From the NCBI GenBank assembly GCA_965222375.1, contig CBDCTZ010000014.1, positions 928,001 through 992,000 on the forward strand: a DNA stretch of 64,000 bases, in the 5' to 3' direction. Below the pieces are notes generated by a model that was given only the letters and a program-made list of their open reading frames with translations, was not told where the DNA came from and made no database searches. The position numbers were made by a program, and so were the translations under genes. Shown here in pieces: positions 38,441 through 48,522 of the stretch. This DNA comes from Polyangiaceae bacterium. Lineage in GTDB: Bacteria; Myxococcota_A; Polyangia; Polyangiales; Polyangiaceae. The first letter of the stretch is position 1. Every line of letters starts with the position of its first letter.

Positions 38441-39814
38441 TCACCAGCCCAGATACAGCGCGGTTAGGAATACGACTTGGCTGGCGAGAAGCAGGACCGC
38501 GGTGTAGCCGATGATGTCCCGAGCCTTCACTCCGGTGATGCCCAGTAGCGGCAAAGCCCAGAACGGTTGCAGCATGTTGGTCCATTGATCCCCGTAGACG
38601 AGGGCCATCACCAGGCGCGCTGGCCCGATGCCCGTGTCCACTGCGGCTTGCATCAGCACTGGCCCCTGTACGGCCCATTGCCCGCCGCCGCTCGGCACGA
38701 ACAAGTTGACCAAGCCTGCTGCGTAGAAGCTCACGGCGGGGAGTGCGCCGGCACCAACACCAGCGAAGGCCGCCGCGATCGCTTTGAGCAATCCCGTTCC
38801 CGTTAGGAGCCCCATGATGCCGGCGTAGAACGGAAACTGGAGAATGATGCCAGCACAGCCGCGAGTGGCTTCAGCCACCGCGTTGGCGTAGGCGCGCGCG
38901 GAGCCGTGCATGGCGAGCCCCAAGAACAGAAAGGCGAAGTTGATCAGGTTCGGGTCCAGTCGCCCGAGCCCCTGTTTGCGCACCCAGAGCAGCCAGGTGA
39001 TGGCACCGAGCAAGGCCACTGCCAGTGCTAGCAAAGTCGAGCGATCCATTCGCGCCGCCGGGCTGGAAGCGGAAGCGTCCGCGTCGGCTTCTGCCAAGTT
39101 GGGAGCGGCCAGCTCGCACTCTCTTCGCTCTTCAGAGTCGCGCGGCATCATCCGCACCAGCAACACGGGGACCAACAGGATCAACAGGGCGTTGGCTACC
39201 AGGTTCGGGGCGGCGAAGATGGTTTCGCCCAGTGAAAGCGTGCCGATGCGCGCTGCAAGGTTTGGCCCGAGGATTTGCGAGACATCTTTGGCAAGAGTCA
39301 GCTTGAGAGGCGCCGAGCCGCTGAGCCCGCCATGCCAGACCAACAGACCGCTGTAGCCGGCGGCGGCGAGCAGGGGGTAGTGGACGGCGATCTTGTGCGC
39401 CTTGGCGCGCTCACCTACCGCCCGTGCCAACAGGGCACCGGCGATCAAACCCAAGCCCCAATTGATGAGGGCCAACAGCATGGCAGAGACGCTGACGATG
39501 GCTATGGCACTCGCCGGCGTTCGTGCCCGCGCCGCGAGCGCATCCAGCAGCCGTCTCACCGGTGGACTGGATGCGAAAGCATGCCCCGTGACCAGGATCA
39601 GGCACATCTGCATACCGAATCCCAGGAGGTTCCAAAAGCCCTTGCCGGTCCCGCCGCCGTGGACCCAGGCCAGCAGTGTCCGCGAGGCGTCGTAGCCGGT
39701 GAACACGAAGGCTGCGCCGACGCTGACGAAGGTGAGCAGGATCGCCAACACGAAGGGATCCGGGACCCACCTCTGAGACAATCGGGACAGCGTGCCGCCG
39801 AGCCGCTCCAGCAT
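38441..39814 (-). CDS. atoE: Short-chain fatty acid transporter (AtoE family)
   Basis: VPDPFV, WHGGLSGSAPL, QFPFYAGIMG, VPSGGGQW, NMLQPFWALP. Confidence 0.9.
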   Translation of the reverse strand: MLERLGGTLSRLSQRWVPDPFVLAILLTFVSVGAAFVFTGYDASRTLLAWVHGGGTGKGFWNLLGFGMQMCLILVTGHAFASSPPVRRLLDALAARARTPASAIAIVSVSAMLLALINWGLGLIAGALLARAVGERAKAHKIAVHYPLLAAAGYSGLLVWHGGLSGSAPLKLTLAKDVSQILGPNLAARIGTLSLGETIFAAPNLVANALLILLVPVLLVRMMPRDSEERRECELAAPNLAEADADASASSPAARMDRSTLLALAVALLGAITWLLWVRKQGLGRLDPNLINFAFLFLGLAMHGSARAYANAVAEATRGCAGIILQFPFYAGIMGLLTGTGLLKAIAAAFAGVGAGALPAVSFYAAGLVNLFVPSGGGQWAVQGPVLMQAAVDTGIGPARLVMALVYGDQWTNMLQPFWALPLLGITGVKARDIIGYTAVLLLASQVVFLTALYLGW

Positions 39815-39973
39815 GCCGCGACGGTACCTCAGACTGCCCGAAGTGAGGAGCTACGCAGGCGCCCGGGATTTCCACACAATCCGCTGGCGGCCCGCCGCGG
39901 TCAGGGTACAGTACCCCCGCACGCGGCGAAGAGCGGGGCGCTGTGGGCTTTGTCCTTGTGAGGAACCCTGACG

Positions 39974-41038
39974 ATGAAGAACACCGCGGCAATTCTTGCC
40001 ATCGCTTCCCTCGTACTCGCTTGTGGCGGCGAGGATTCGAACGCGAGCGGTAGCGGCAGTGCTTCGGCAAGCGGTGGGACCGCTGGTGCGGGCGGCGGAG
40101 GAAGTGCCACTGGTGGCGTGGGCAATGCTGGTGGTTCGTCCTTCAGCGTGGACATAGGGCCGATCAAGGTGGATCCCGGCGATGAGCGAACTCAGTGCGT
40201 TGTCAAGCGCTTGGGCAATCCCGCGGGCTTCAAAGCGGGGCGCATCGTCAACAAGATCTCGAGTTCCTCTCATCACATGATCGTCTATCGCACCAAAGAT
40301 ACTCAGGAACGCTTGACGCCCTTCGATTGCTCGCCCTTTGTCGAGACTCTGGACCCGGAAAAGGGTTCTCCGCTGATGATCACTCAGAAGTACGACGACT
40401 CCCTGCAGCTGCCACCGGGGGTCGGGTACACCTTCGACGAGAACCAGATGATTCGCGTCGAGTTGCACTACATCAACACCGGGCAAAGCCCCGTCGATGT
40501 CACGGCCACGAGCACGTTTGTCGGAGTGCCGGATGGCAGCTTCAAGAACGAGGCGGACTTTCTGTTCATTGGGGATGTCGATATCAGCCTTGCGCCGAAG
40601 AGTTCAGATACGGTGGGGCCGACTTATTTCGAGCTGCCCAAGGAGTTTGATGAGGCGAATTTCTTCGCTATTACCGGGCATACTCATCAGTACGGAACCA
40701 ACATGACCGTTGCGACGGCGCCGGGCGCTGCTCCTGGGTCGGACACCATGGTGTACGACGTTCCAGGTTGGGCTTGGGACGAGCCAGCGACCATCGCGCA
40801 TGACCCCCCGTTCAAGATCTCTAGTGGCGGCGGGTTCCGCTTCAGCTGTGAGTACAAGAACACCAGCAACAAGACGATTGGGTTCGGTGAGAGCGCCAAC
40901 CAGGAGATGTGCTTCTTCTGGGCCTACTACTACCCAAGCAAAGGCGCGCGGGTCTGTTTTCAAACGGACCAGTATGCCGGCGGGATCGCCACCTGTTGTC
41001 CGGGCGGCGCGTTTTGCGACTTCTTGGGGTCTTTCTGA
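39974..41038 (+). CDS. Copper type II ascorbate-dependent monooxygenase-like lipoprotein
   Basis: HH, LHY, HTH and EMC copper-ligand motifs as in PHM/DBH; VLAC lipobox. Confidence 0.8.
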   Translation: MKNTAAILAIASLVLACGGEDSNASGSGSASASGGTAGAGGGGSATGGVGNAGGSSFSVDIGPIKVDPGDERTQCVVKRLGNPAGFKAGRIVNKISSSSHHMIVYRTKDTQERLTPFDCSPFVETLDPEKGSPLMITQKYDDSLQLPPGVGYTFDENQMIRVELHYINTGQSPVDVTATSTFVGVPDGSFKNEADFLFIGDVDISLAPKSSDTVGPTYFELPKEFDEANFFAITGHTHQYGTNMTVATAPGAAPGSDTMVYDVPGWAWDEPATIAHDPPFKISSGGGFRFSCEYKNTSNKTIGFGESANQEMCFFWAYYYPSKGARVCFQTDQYAGGIATCCPGGAFCDFLGSF

Positions 41039-41204
41039 CCCCTGAGCATCTATCGGGCGCGGCGGCGGGGATGAGTTTGTCCTGCAGCCGCCGCAGCCCT
41101 TCCAAGAGCGCTCGCCCCGGGGCGTGGGCGGTCTAGCCTCCGCCTCAGCGAGCGCCCTCTTCTCGATGAGATTCAACCAGATCAGATACTTGCGCGCGCC
41201 TACT

Positions 41205-43451
41205 TCAGTGCGGAATGACCAACGCGCAGCGCTCGTTGATGCACTGCAGATTCGGATCGCAGCAGTCCGCGTTCACCGCGCACTTATCGAACTCCTGAGA
41301 GCACTCGTTCGTCTTCTTGCCGCAGGTGAGCTTGCCCGTGTTCGGATCCGCCTGGCAGAAGCCGCCACAGCACTCGTCCCCGCTCGTGCACTCCGCACCG
41401 TCGGTTTTGCAGGGATCGAGCACCCAGAAGCCTCGCGCATTGCCGGCCAAGAGCTCTTGGGCCGGCACATAGAAAGCGGGATGGCTGGGGTCTGTTCCAG
41501 GTTTTGCGTCTAAGTCGATGGCGGCGACCCAGAGCTTCTTCGTCGTCGTATTGGTGATCAGATCGTGTTCTCGTGGGTCGCTTGCCCAAGGGTCAATGGT
41601 CGCAGCGTTGCCGTACAAGCGGCGGCTCATGAAGACGACCCAGGCATAACCTCCCGAGGGGACGGGGCCCACCGTGGGTTCGTAGTTCAAGACCGAGTCA
41701 TCGGCGTGGTTGTTCGGACCCGTCGGCAAGTAGCCCTTGCCGTTGGCTTGGTCCAGGCGAGTTGCGGTTGCGGTCGCCGTGTCCACCCACCACAGCTCGC
41801 CTTTGGCTCCGTAGCGTGTCGCGAAGTACTCTCCACTAGAGTTGGCTTGAACCTCGGTTTGAAACACCACGCCTTTGGCTGTGGGCAAAAAGGTCGGCCA
41901 GCCCGGGCGCTGAGCGCTCTTGTACAGCAGCCGACCGTTGGAGAAGCTGTTGGTGGTCCGGTCGAAGTCCATGATCACCAACTGGGTTCCGTCCCCGGGT
42001 CCTGTACTTGCGCTGCCGGCGCCGGCGTGCAGATTGAACGCGACGGATTTGTCGTCGGGGGCAAAGGCGGGGAAGCCAGCTCGGGTCACGAATGCCGACA
42101 GGCCTGGCGCAGCGATGGGCGCGCCACTGGTCATGTCAAAGAGCCCACTGCTACTCCCGTTGGCACCCCCGGGGATCGGGACTGCGTTGGACAGGCCCAC
42201 CGCCCCGTCCGCCGTCATGCCAATCCAGCCCAGGTGTGTGTCCGTGCTTGGAGCGTAGGGTGTCTCCGCGAATCCGCCGAGCAGATCGTAGCTGGAGCTG
42301 CGCTTGTAGTTGTTGCCATGCTGCACGATCATCCGTGAGCCGTCGGCGTTGACGCTGTGGCAGACGCGGCACTCCGTGGAGCCGCCGTTCTTGCCCGCTA
42401 CCAGGATGGGGTCTGTGGCGCCGGGCTTGATGGCCAAGGTGGCCCCGCCAAACTTCCCGTCGCCCCCCTTCGCTCCACCGTAATTTTTGGCGAGATTGGT
42501 GCCGTAGGATTGGTAGTACACAGTGCCTTTGAGCCGGCCTTGCGCGACTTTCCAGGGCATCGTGATTGGGCCGTAGGCCTTACCTCCGGCAGCCACGGTT
42601 ACGCTCAGGGTGAGCGTGCCCCCGGCGGCCGAGAGCGTCGCCTGCTCCCAGGTCGCTTTCGTGATCGGGTGGCGGACGAACGCTGCGCCGGCGGCCAGGG
42701 GCGGCGGCCGTCCGAAGTAGCCGGCATAGCTATAGCCCGATGCATTCAATTCGATTTTGACGGCGTCAGCCACGGACGCGGCTGGCGAGGACTTCCACAT
42801 CAACAGGGGGGGCAGCACGCCGAGGGGCCACACGGTGTTGGCGTAGGGGTAGAGAAAGCCCATTTGAGGATCGCTCTGGGCGGGGCCATCGAGCAGCGCA
42901 ACCGTGCTGGCGTCCACTGCGCTGCCTTCACCCTCGCCGCCTACGCCGCCGGGGCCGCCGCCGGCTTTGATGTTCCCCGTAGCAGGGGTGCCGCCGTTTT
43001 CCTGCGCCTTGATCTCAACGGTCACTTTGGTGGTGAGCTTCTGAGTGCCCACGGTTGCCTCGACGGTCGCGGTTCCCGCTGCCGTGCCCGCTGCCGTAAA
43101 CAGCCCCGCGGCGTCGATGGATCCGATTTCGGCGCGGTCGATGGCCCACAGCGCAGTTGCGGGGCCTGTGTTGGAAACAACCTGGAACTGCACCGTCGGT
43201 GCGGGCTTGGTGCTGTCGTAGGTGACCGTGGGGTTGGATGGCGTGATCGACAGCCCGGCGGTTGCGTCACCGCCACCGTCGATGACGACCCCGCCGCCTG
43301 TGCCGCCAGCCCCGGCCGTCCCGCCGGTGCCACTTCCGCCCAGCCCCGACGGCCCAGCGACGCTGCCGTCGTCGCTGCTGCAGGCGCCAGCAGCTAGTCC
43401 GATACCCAATGCACTGACTAGCAGTGACAGCCCGGCACGCTTCCTGTTCAT
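41205..43451 (-). CDS. Large lipoprotein with Ig-like, TolB-like propeller and Cys-rich tail
   Basis: AGAC lipobox, CRVCH, WVVFMSRRLYG, DPSHPAFY, C-terminal Cys repeats. Confidence 0.8.
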   Translation of the reverse strand: MNRKRAGLSLLVSALGIGLAAGACSSDDGSVAGPSGLGGSGTGGTAGAGGTGGGVVIDGGGDATAGLSITPSNPTVTYDSTKPAPTVQFQVVSNTGPATALWAIDRAEIGSIDAAGLFTAAGTAAGTATVEATVGTQKLTTKVTVEIKAQENGGTPATGNIKAGGGPGGVGGEGEGSAVDASTVALLDGPAQSDPQMGFLYPYANTVWPLGVLPPLLMWKSSPAASVADAVKIELNASGYSYAGYFGRPPPLAAGAAFVRHPITKATWEQATLSAAGGTLTLSVTVAAGGKAYGPITMPWKVAQGRLKGTVYYQSYGTNLAKNYGGAKGGDGKFGGATLAIKPGATDPILVAGKNGGSTECRVCHSVNADGSRMIVQHGNNYKRSSSYDLLGGFAETPYAPSTDTHLGWIGMTADGAVGLSNAVPIPGGANGSSSGLFDMTSGAPIAAPGLSAFVTRAGFPAFAPDDKSVAFNLHAGAGSASTGPGDGTQLVIMDFDRTTNSFSNGRLLYKSAQRPGWPTFLPTAKGVVFQTEVQANSSGEYFATRYGAKGELWWVDTATATATRLDQANGKGYLPTGPNNHADDSVLNYEPTVGPVPSGGYAWVVFMSRRLYGNAATIDPWASDPREHDLITNTTTKKLWVAAIDLDAKPGTDPSHPAFYVPAQELLAGNARGFWVLDPCKTDGAECTSGDECCGGFCQADPNTGKLTCGKKTNECSQEFDKCAVNADCCDPNLQCINERCALVIPH

Positions 43452-43508
43452 GAATCTCAGAGTATCACGTGGCGTGCGGGGCCGCCGCGACAGAGGGCAA
43501 GAGCCCAC

Positions 43509-43787
43509 TCAGGGTTCACAAACGCCGCTCGAGCAGGAGTCGCTCTGACAATCCTCATTGCCTTTGCACGTGCGGCCATTGGCACAGCGCGAGCAATCGC
43601 GACCGCCACAGTCGGTGTCGGACTCGTCCCCGTTTCTCTTTCCGTCGCTGCAGCTGGGGCTAGTGCCGCCACCGCCGCCCGCCGCAGCGGCGTCGGGCTT
43701 GTGTATTTCGTAGGGGTCGTCGACGGCTAGTGGGCAGCCTGCGGTGCATAGGGCAATCCCCACGACGATGACTTGGCGCCACGCCAT
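43509..43787 (-). CDS. Small Cys-rich lipoprotein
   Basis: TAGC lipobox; CSDGKRNGDESDTDCGG repeat. Confidence 0.75.
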   Translation of the reverse strand: MAWRQVIVVGIALCTAGCPLAVDDPYEIHKPDAAAAGGGGGTSPSCSDGKRNGDESDTDCGGRDCSRCANGRTCKGNEDCQSDSCSSGVCEP

Positions 43788-44755
43788 CAGAACCTCCCCC
43801 GCACTCCCACGTGACCCAGGCCTAGGCTGGGCGCCACGTGGGCTTTGTTCCTCTTTGAAGACTGGGTGAGTAGCAGGGTGGCGCCAAGGCTCACGCCGAC
43901 GATGCCGACGCCGTAGCCAATGAAAGACACAGTGCGCGCGGTTCGAAAGCCGTCCAGATCGTCCTGGGAACTCTCAGGGCAGGTGGGAGTGCAGACTTCG
44001 TCAAGGCTGGACCGCTTGTCCAGCATGATGAGGCCTGCCGCGATCCCCGTAGCCAGGCCAGCCCCGCCAGCGCCCAAGGCGAGCCACGCCCAGGGCGGCC
44101 TTCCGGCTTCGCTGCCTTCGCTGTTCGTGAATTTGCCACTGGCATCGAGGGTGACCACTTCCTCGTCGCCTTCTTCGAGCTTCAACGTCCGCTCGCCGAT
44201 TACCTTGTCACCCTTCTTGATCACGATCCGCCGCGCGCCGGGGTCTACGGGTTGGCGAACGCCAATCAGTGCAACGGGTACGACGCGGCCGTCCAGGCGT
44301 ACCTCGACGTTCTCGAGGGCGCGCCCGGAGTTCTGGACAACGATGGTCAAAAGCGGGATCTTCGGGCGGAGCGATTCGAGCTCCTTGTCGGCCGCGACGA
44401 TCGCGTCGGCAAACGCGGAAGACGACTCACTAGTAATCCGGCTGCGGCGGGCGTCCTCGTAGCGTTCAGCCGCCTCGACGAAGCGACCCAGTTTCTGCAG
44501 TGCTCTAGCCTCCATTAGAGTGATGGTTGGTGCTGGATACAAAGACGATGCTCGGCGCAGAAGCGCCCGAGCCTTCTCGAATTCGCCCCGTTCAAAAGCT
44601 GCAGCGCCGTCTTGGGCGAGCTGCCGGGCGGCTGCTCGGGTACGATCATCCGCCCGCAGTGGGACCGCCTGGCTTGGGCGCGACGCGGCCGCGCCCAGTA
44701 GCAGCAAGCCGGCGATGATGAAGCTTTTCTGGGTTCGGCTAGAAACCGAAGTCAT
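43787..44755 (-). CDS. TPR plus PEGA-like membrane protein
   Basis: TPR helices, VRLDG...VDPG, C-terminal hydrophobic segments. Confidence 0.8.
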   Translation of the reverse strand: MTSVSSRTQKSFIIAGLLLLGAAASRPSQAVPLRADDRTRAAARQLAQDGAAAFERGEFEKARALLRRASSLYPAPTITLMEARALQKLGRFVEAAERYEDARRSRITSESSSAFADAIVAADKELESLRPKIPLLTIVVQNSGRALENVEVRLDGRVVPVALIGVRQPVDPGARRIVIKKGDKVIGERTLKLEEGDEEVVTLDASGKFTNSEGSEAGRPPWAWLALGAGGAGLATGIAAGLIMLDKRSSLDEVCTPTCPESSQDDLDGFRTARTVSFIGYGVGIVGVSLGATLLLTQSSKRNKAHVAPSLGLGHVGVRGRF

Positions 44756-46160
44756 AGGTCTTCCGCTTCGAGCTCGGGCGCTTGCTCGGCTCGCTCGGAA
44801 GCTTTTTACCTCGCCTGGGTGCCCCCCGCGTGGATTTCTTGATCACCACCGATCGTCGTGCCGCGCTCGCATCCGGGCTGAATTTGGCGGTGTTTGGCGT
44901 GGCGGTTAGAGCGGCAGTCGGCGAAATCTGCGCTGCAGGCCTAGCAGGGGCCTCCACCTCGGATGCCTCGGCCACACCGGGCCCGGCCTTGGCCCGGCTC
45001 ATGGCGAATATCAGCCCGGCGCCCAGCATGAGCAGCACGATCGCCACGGCTCCAAATAGCGCAAAGCGATTGTCCGGTGGCCGCGACGCTCTCAAGGGCG
45101 ACGACAGGCTGCTGATCTTCTCCGTCGTGTCAGCTGCGGGCGGCAAGGTGATGCGCTCCTTGCCCTCCGGGGGCACAGTCGCGCTGTCCGTGGAGGTCGG
45201 GTCTTCATCGGCTATGCCCAGCCCCCACACGGTCTTCAGACTCTTGCCAGTGATGTCTTCGTATACGCCGTGGCACTGGAGCCAGTTTGCTAGTGCTTGT
45301 CCCAACTGGCGCATGTCCGGCCAGCGCGCGTCCCGGTCTTTCTGCAGCCCTCGCTCGATGATGGCCCATAGCTCGGCGTCGCCCGCTGCCAAGTTCATGC
45401 TGGGCTGGGGCTCCTCGTTGATGATCGCCCAGAGCAGCGCGTTGTAGTTTTCATGATCGAAGGGCACCCGGCCGGTGACGAGCTCATATAGCAAGATGCA
45501 GTAGCTCCACACGTCCGTGCGTGAGTCGATGTCCTCCTCGCCCCGCGCCTGCTCTGGGGACATGTAGTCCGGAGTCCCGAGTACCGTCCCCTGAATTGTC
45601 AGCTTGTGATTGGTCTCGTCAACGCGTGCAATGCCGAAGTCGAGGAGCTTTGGTTGAGTGCGGCCCGTGTCTTGCGCGGTGAGAAAGATGTTCTCGGGCT
45701 TGACGTCCCGGTGAACGATGCCGTTGTCGTGAGCCGTGGCCAAGGCGTCGGCGATGGGTAGCAGCAGTTTTGCGATCCGCGTGGCGGGGACTCGCCCTTC
45801 TCTCTTGAGCACCGAGGCGAGGGTCTCGCCGTGTAGGAGCTCCATCACGACGAAGGGATCTCCCAAATCCGTTTCGCCGAAATCGAAGACCCGCACGATG
45901 GCCGGATGACCCAGCTTCGCCGCAGCCCGGGCTTCTTGCAGCAGTCGTTCGGCTTGGATCGCGTTGGAGCCAAACTTATCCCTGTGGATCAGCTTGAACC
46001 CGACGTGGACGTCCAAGACGCTGTTGTGCGCGACCCAGACGCGACCAACGCCGCCGCGTCCGAGTGGGCGCACGAGTCGATACTTGTCAGCAATGACGTC
46101 GCCGGACCCGTATCGCTCCCCCTCAGTCGCGGTCGTCGGTTTTTCTTGGGGCGCTTGCAC
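44739..46160 (-). CDS. Membrane-bound Hanks-type Ser/Thr kinase
   Basis: GRGGVG, HRDVKPEN, DFG, GTPDYMSPEQ and a TM helix. GTG start inferred. Confidence 0.93.
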   Translation of the reverse strand: MQAPQEKPTTATEGERYGSGDVIADKYRLVRPLGRGGVGRVWVAHNSVLDVHVGFKLIHRDKFGSNAIQAERLLQEARAAAKLGHPAIVRVFDFGETDLGDPFVVMELLHGETLASVLKREGRVPATRIAKLLLPIADALATAHDNGIVHRDVKPENIFLTAQDTGRTQPKLLDFGIARVDETNHKLTIQGTVLGTPDYMSPEQARGEEDIDSRTDVWSYCILLYELVTGRVPFDHENYNALLWAIINEEPQPSMNLAAGDAELWAIIERGLQKDRDARWPDMRQLGQALANWLQCHGVYEDITGKSLKTVWGLGIADEDPTSTDSATVPPEGKERITLPPAADTTEKISSLSSPLRASRPPDNRFALFGAVAIVLLMLGAGLIFAMSRAKAGPGVAEASEVEAPARPAAQISPTAALTATPNTAKFSPDASAARRSVVIKKSTRGAPRRGKKLPSEPSKRPSSKRKTYDFGF

Positions 46161-46683
46161 AGATGGTCTGCGGGAATTTTCGCGTGCATTGCTACACGTC
46201 GCAAGGCGAATCGCCGCCTCCGGACTTCGATGAACTCCGCTGGCCAAGCCCTCGCAAATCTTAGGCATTTCCGTTGGGTAGGCGCCGGGCCCACACTGCT
46301 CTCCAATGTGGGTGCTCCCTCGCTGCCACCACCGCCGCGTTATGTCGTCGGCTCCGATTTTTGGCTCGCCAAGTCGGCGTCACGGGCGAATGTGACGCCT
46401 CCAACGACCCGCTCACGGGTCCGCGAGCGCTGAAACCCGGGGCGTCCGGCGGCGTATGGTTGGGGGTGTCCGAGCACCGATCCCGGCGGCCAAGCACGCC
46501 CCTACCTCCCCTCGGGGCCAGTCCGACGCGACCGGAAGACGCGGAAAACCTGGTGTTTTGCCCACCAAGCCAGGGATTGCGGCAAGCCCAACACGACCGG
46601 GCTAAGCTACGGGGCGGGCAGGCGTGAGGGCTGCCAGCAGGCCTCACGCCTTCCGAACGACCCAGGCAAGCTCCCCACCCGTC

Positions 46684-48522
46684 ATGACAAAACGCAGTGC
46701 GCTTGTAGCGGCTCTGGTTGGGGTCGTCGGATGCAGCAGCGGTAGCGACGACGCACCGTCCCGGCCGAGTGTGGTCGTGGATTTGCGGACCGATGCCAAT
46801 CGCGACGGTTGGGTCGACCTGGTGGACCCAGCGGACGACGAAAACGAGGACGCCTGGTCTGCGATGGCGGGGGCGATTTTTCTGCCGAACCTGGACGATG
46901 ACGCCCTCGCGTGTCCTCGCGGCGGTCAGGTGGTGGCGCTCTCAGACACGCAGCTTGCGGAGTGCAGAGATAGCGCCAACGAGGTCGTGGACGGTCCCGA
47001 AGACGAGGCGGATCTGGCACGGCTCATCGTCAAACCCTGGCCGGGTGCACCCGATAACGCGAGCGGCCGGGTATGGCTCGCACCGGCTGCGGCCAATCAC
47101 GTACGCCTGTTTCGAAAGCAAGGGGGCAGCTGGCAAGTACTGCCGTTCGTGGATCTTGGCGAAGGTGCAGGGATGACCTGGCTGCTGGCAATTACGGCGG
47201 ACGAGATCCGGGCCGGTGTCGAACTCGGACTCGAGGGGCGGGACTTCGTGCGGTCCACCACGGGCTGGGATGGGCTGGCCGAAGTGCACTTGGGCGTGGA
47301 CACCGTGAGTAGCGGGGTCGTGTCGGACGTCGTGCAGCTACGTGTTGCACCCCTACTCCTATCCCATCATCTCCAGCCGACGGAGCAGCTGTACGCGACC
47401 CGGACCGCTTGGGCTGGCAACATGGCGTTTCGGGCGGACCTCGATCCAGCTGCCGTCGCAGCGGCCGTGGCAGTCGTCGACAACGGCCAATTCGATCACT
47501 GGACCCAGGATTGGATGGAAATCGGGTACGCGACGGCGCCGGCGCCCAATGGCGAGCAGCGCCGCCTGGACGTCTTCATGCGTTCGACGAACGTCTATCG
47601 GCCTGGGGAAGCTGGCAACGAACTGCGTGAGGCGGGCCGCGAAGTCTATCAGTCCTACCATGGCATGAACTCCGCGGGTTACACGCCGCCCTATGACTTG
47701 GGCCAGCCTCAGGAGATGGACACCCTCAACTCCTATGGCAACACGGAGACCATCCCGCCTCACTCCCACGACGGCAAGAGCTACGCCTTGGGGCGAGTGC
47801 TGCGAGGCAGTTCGCCCAGCTTCTACCCCAGCCCAGCCATGGACGATTTTCTCGCAGCGCAGCGACTGCAACCCACGGTGTTCATCGACACTTCTTGGCT
47901 CGACGTCGCTCACGTGGACGAGACTCTGAGCTTCGTCAAGACGAGTTCCCCCCTCGGATTTGGTGTCGTGATCAACGACGCGACCCTGGCCAAGCAGATG
48001 CTCGAGGAGTTGGCCTCCCAGGGACATGGCGACGCTGCTATGTTCGTCGGCAAGAGCTGGTACAACGTCGACACCGACGGAATCACTCCGGCGGAAGCCA
48101 CCGTCGCGCAAGTGCTCGCGGACACGGACGTCATGGCCGAAAGCAAGCGGGCCCAGGTCGAAGTGGACGCGCAACTCGACGTGCTGAAGGCCGCCGTAGG
48201 TATCCAAGATTCTGACCTGATACCTGCGCCCTTCCTGCACTGGCCCAGCTACGGTCGGTCCATCGCCTATCAGCCGGGCACAGTGAACGGTCAGGTTCTG
48301 TCGAACAAGCATTTCGCTGTGCCAACGCCCCACGGACCACGCATTGACGGCCAGGATCCCTTCGAGAGCCAACTCGTGGAGGCCTTCGGCAAACACGGTA
48401 TCACCGTACACTTCGTGGAGGACTGGGACATGTTGCATCGCCTCAGCGGCGAGGTGCACTGCGGAACCAACGCCAAACGCGCGCCCCTCAGTGATGTCTT
48501 TTGGTGGGAGGCGTCGCCATGA
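46684..48522 (+). CDS. Protein-arginine deiminase (PAD) family lipoprotein
   Basis: WTQD, LNSYGN, WLDVAHVDE and GEVHCGTN catalytic set; VVGC lipobox. Confidence 0.9.
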   Translation: MTKRSALVAALVGVVGCSSGSDDAPSRPSVVVDLRTDANRDGWVDLVDPADDENEDAWSAMAGAIFLPNLDDDALACPRGGQVVALSDTQLAECRDSANEVVDGPEDEADLARLIVKPWPGAPDNASGRVWLAPAAANHVRLFRKQGGSWQVLPFVDLGEGAGMTWLLAITADEIRAGVELGLEGRDFVRSTTGWDGLAEVHLGVDTVSSGVVSDVVQLRVAPLLLSHHLQPTEQLYATRTAWAGNMAFRADLDPAAVAAAVAVVDNGQFDHWTQDWMEIGYATAPAPNGEQRRLDVFMRSTNVYRPGEAGNELREAGREVYQSYHGMNSAGYTPPYDLGQPQEMDTLNSYGNTETIPPHSHDGKSYALGRVLRGSSPSFYPSPAMDDFLAAQRLQPTVFIDTSWLDVAHVDETLSFVKTSSPLGFGVVINDATLAKQMLEELASQGHGDAAMFVGKSWYNVDTDGITPAEATVAQVLADTDVMAESKRAQVEVDAQLDVLKAAVGIQDSDLIPAPFLHWPSYGRSIAYQPGTVNGQVLSNKHFAVPTPHGPRIDGQDPFESQLVEAFGKHGITVHFVEDWDMLHRLSGEVHCGTNAKRAPLSDVFWWEASP

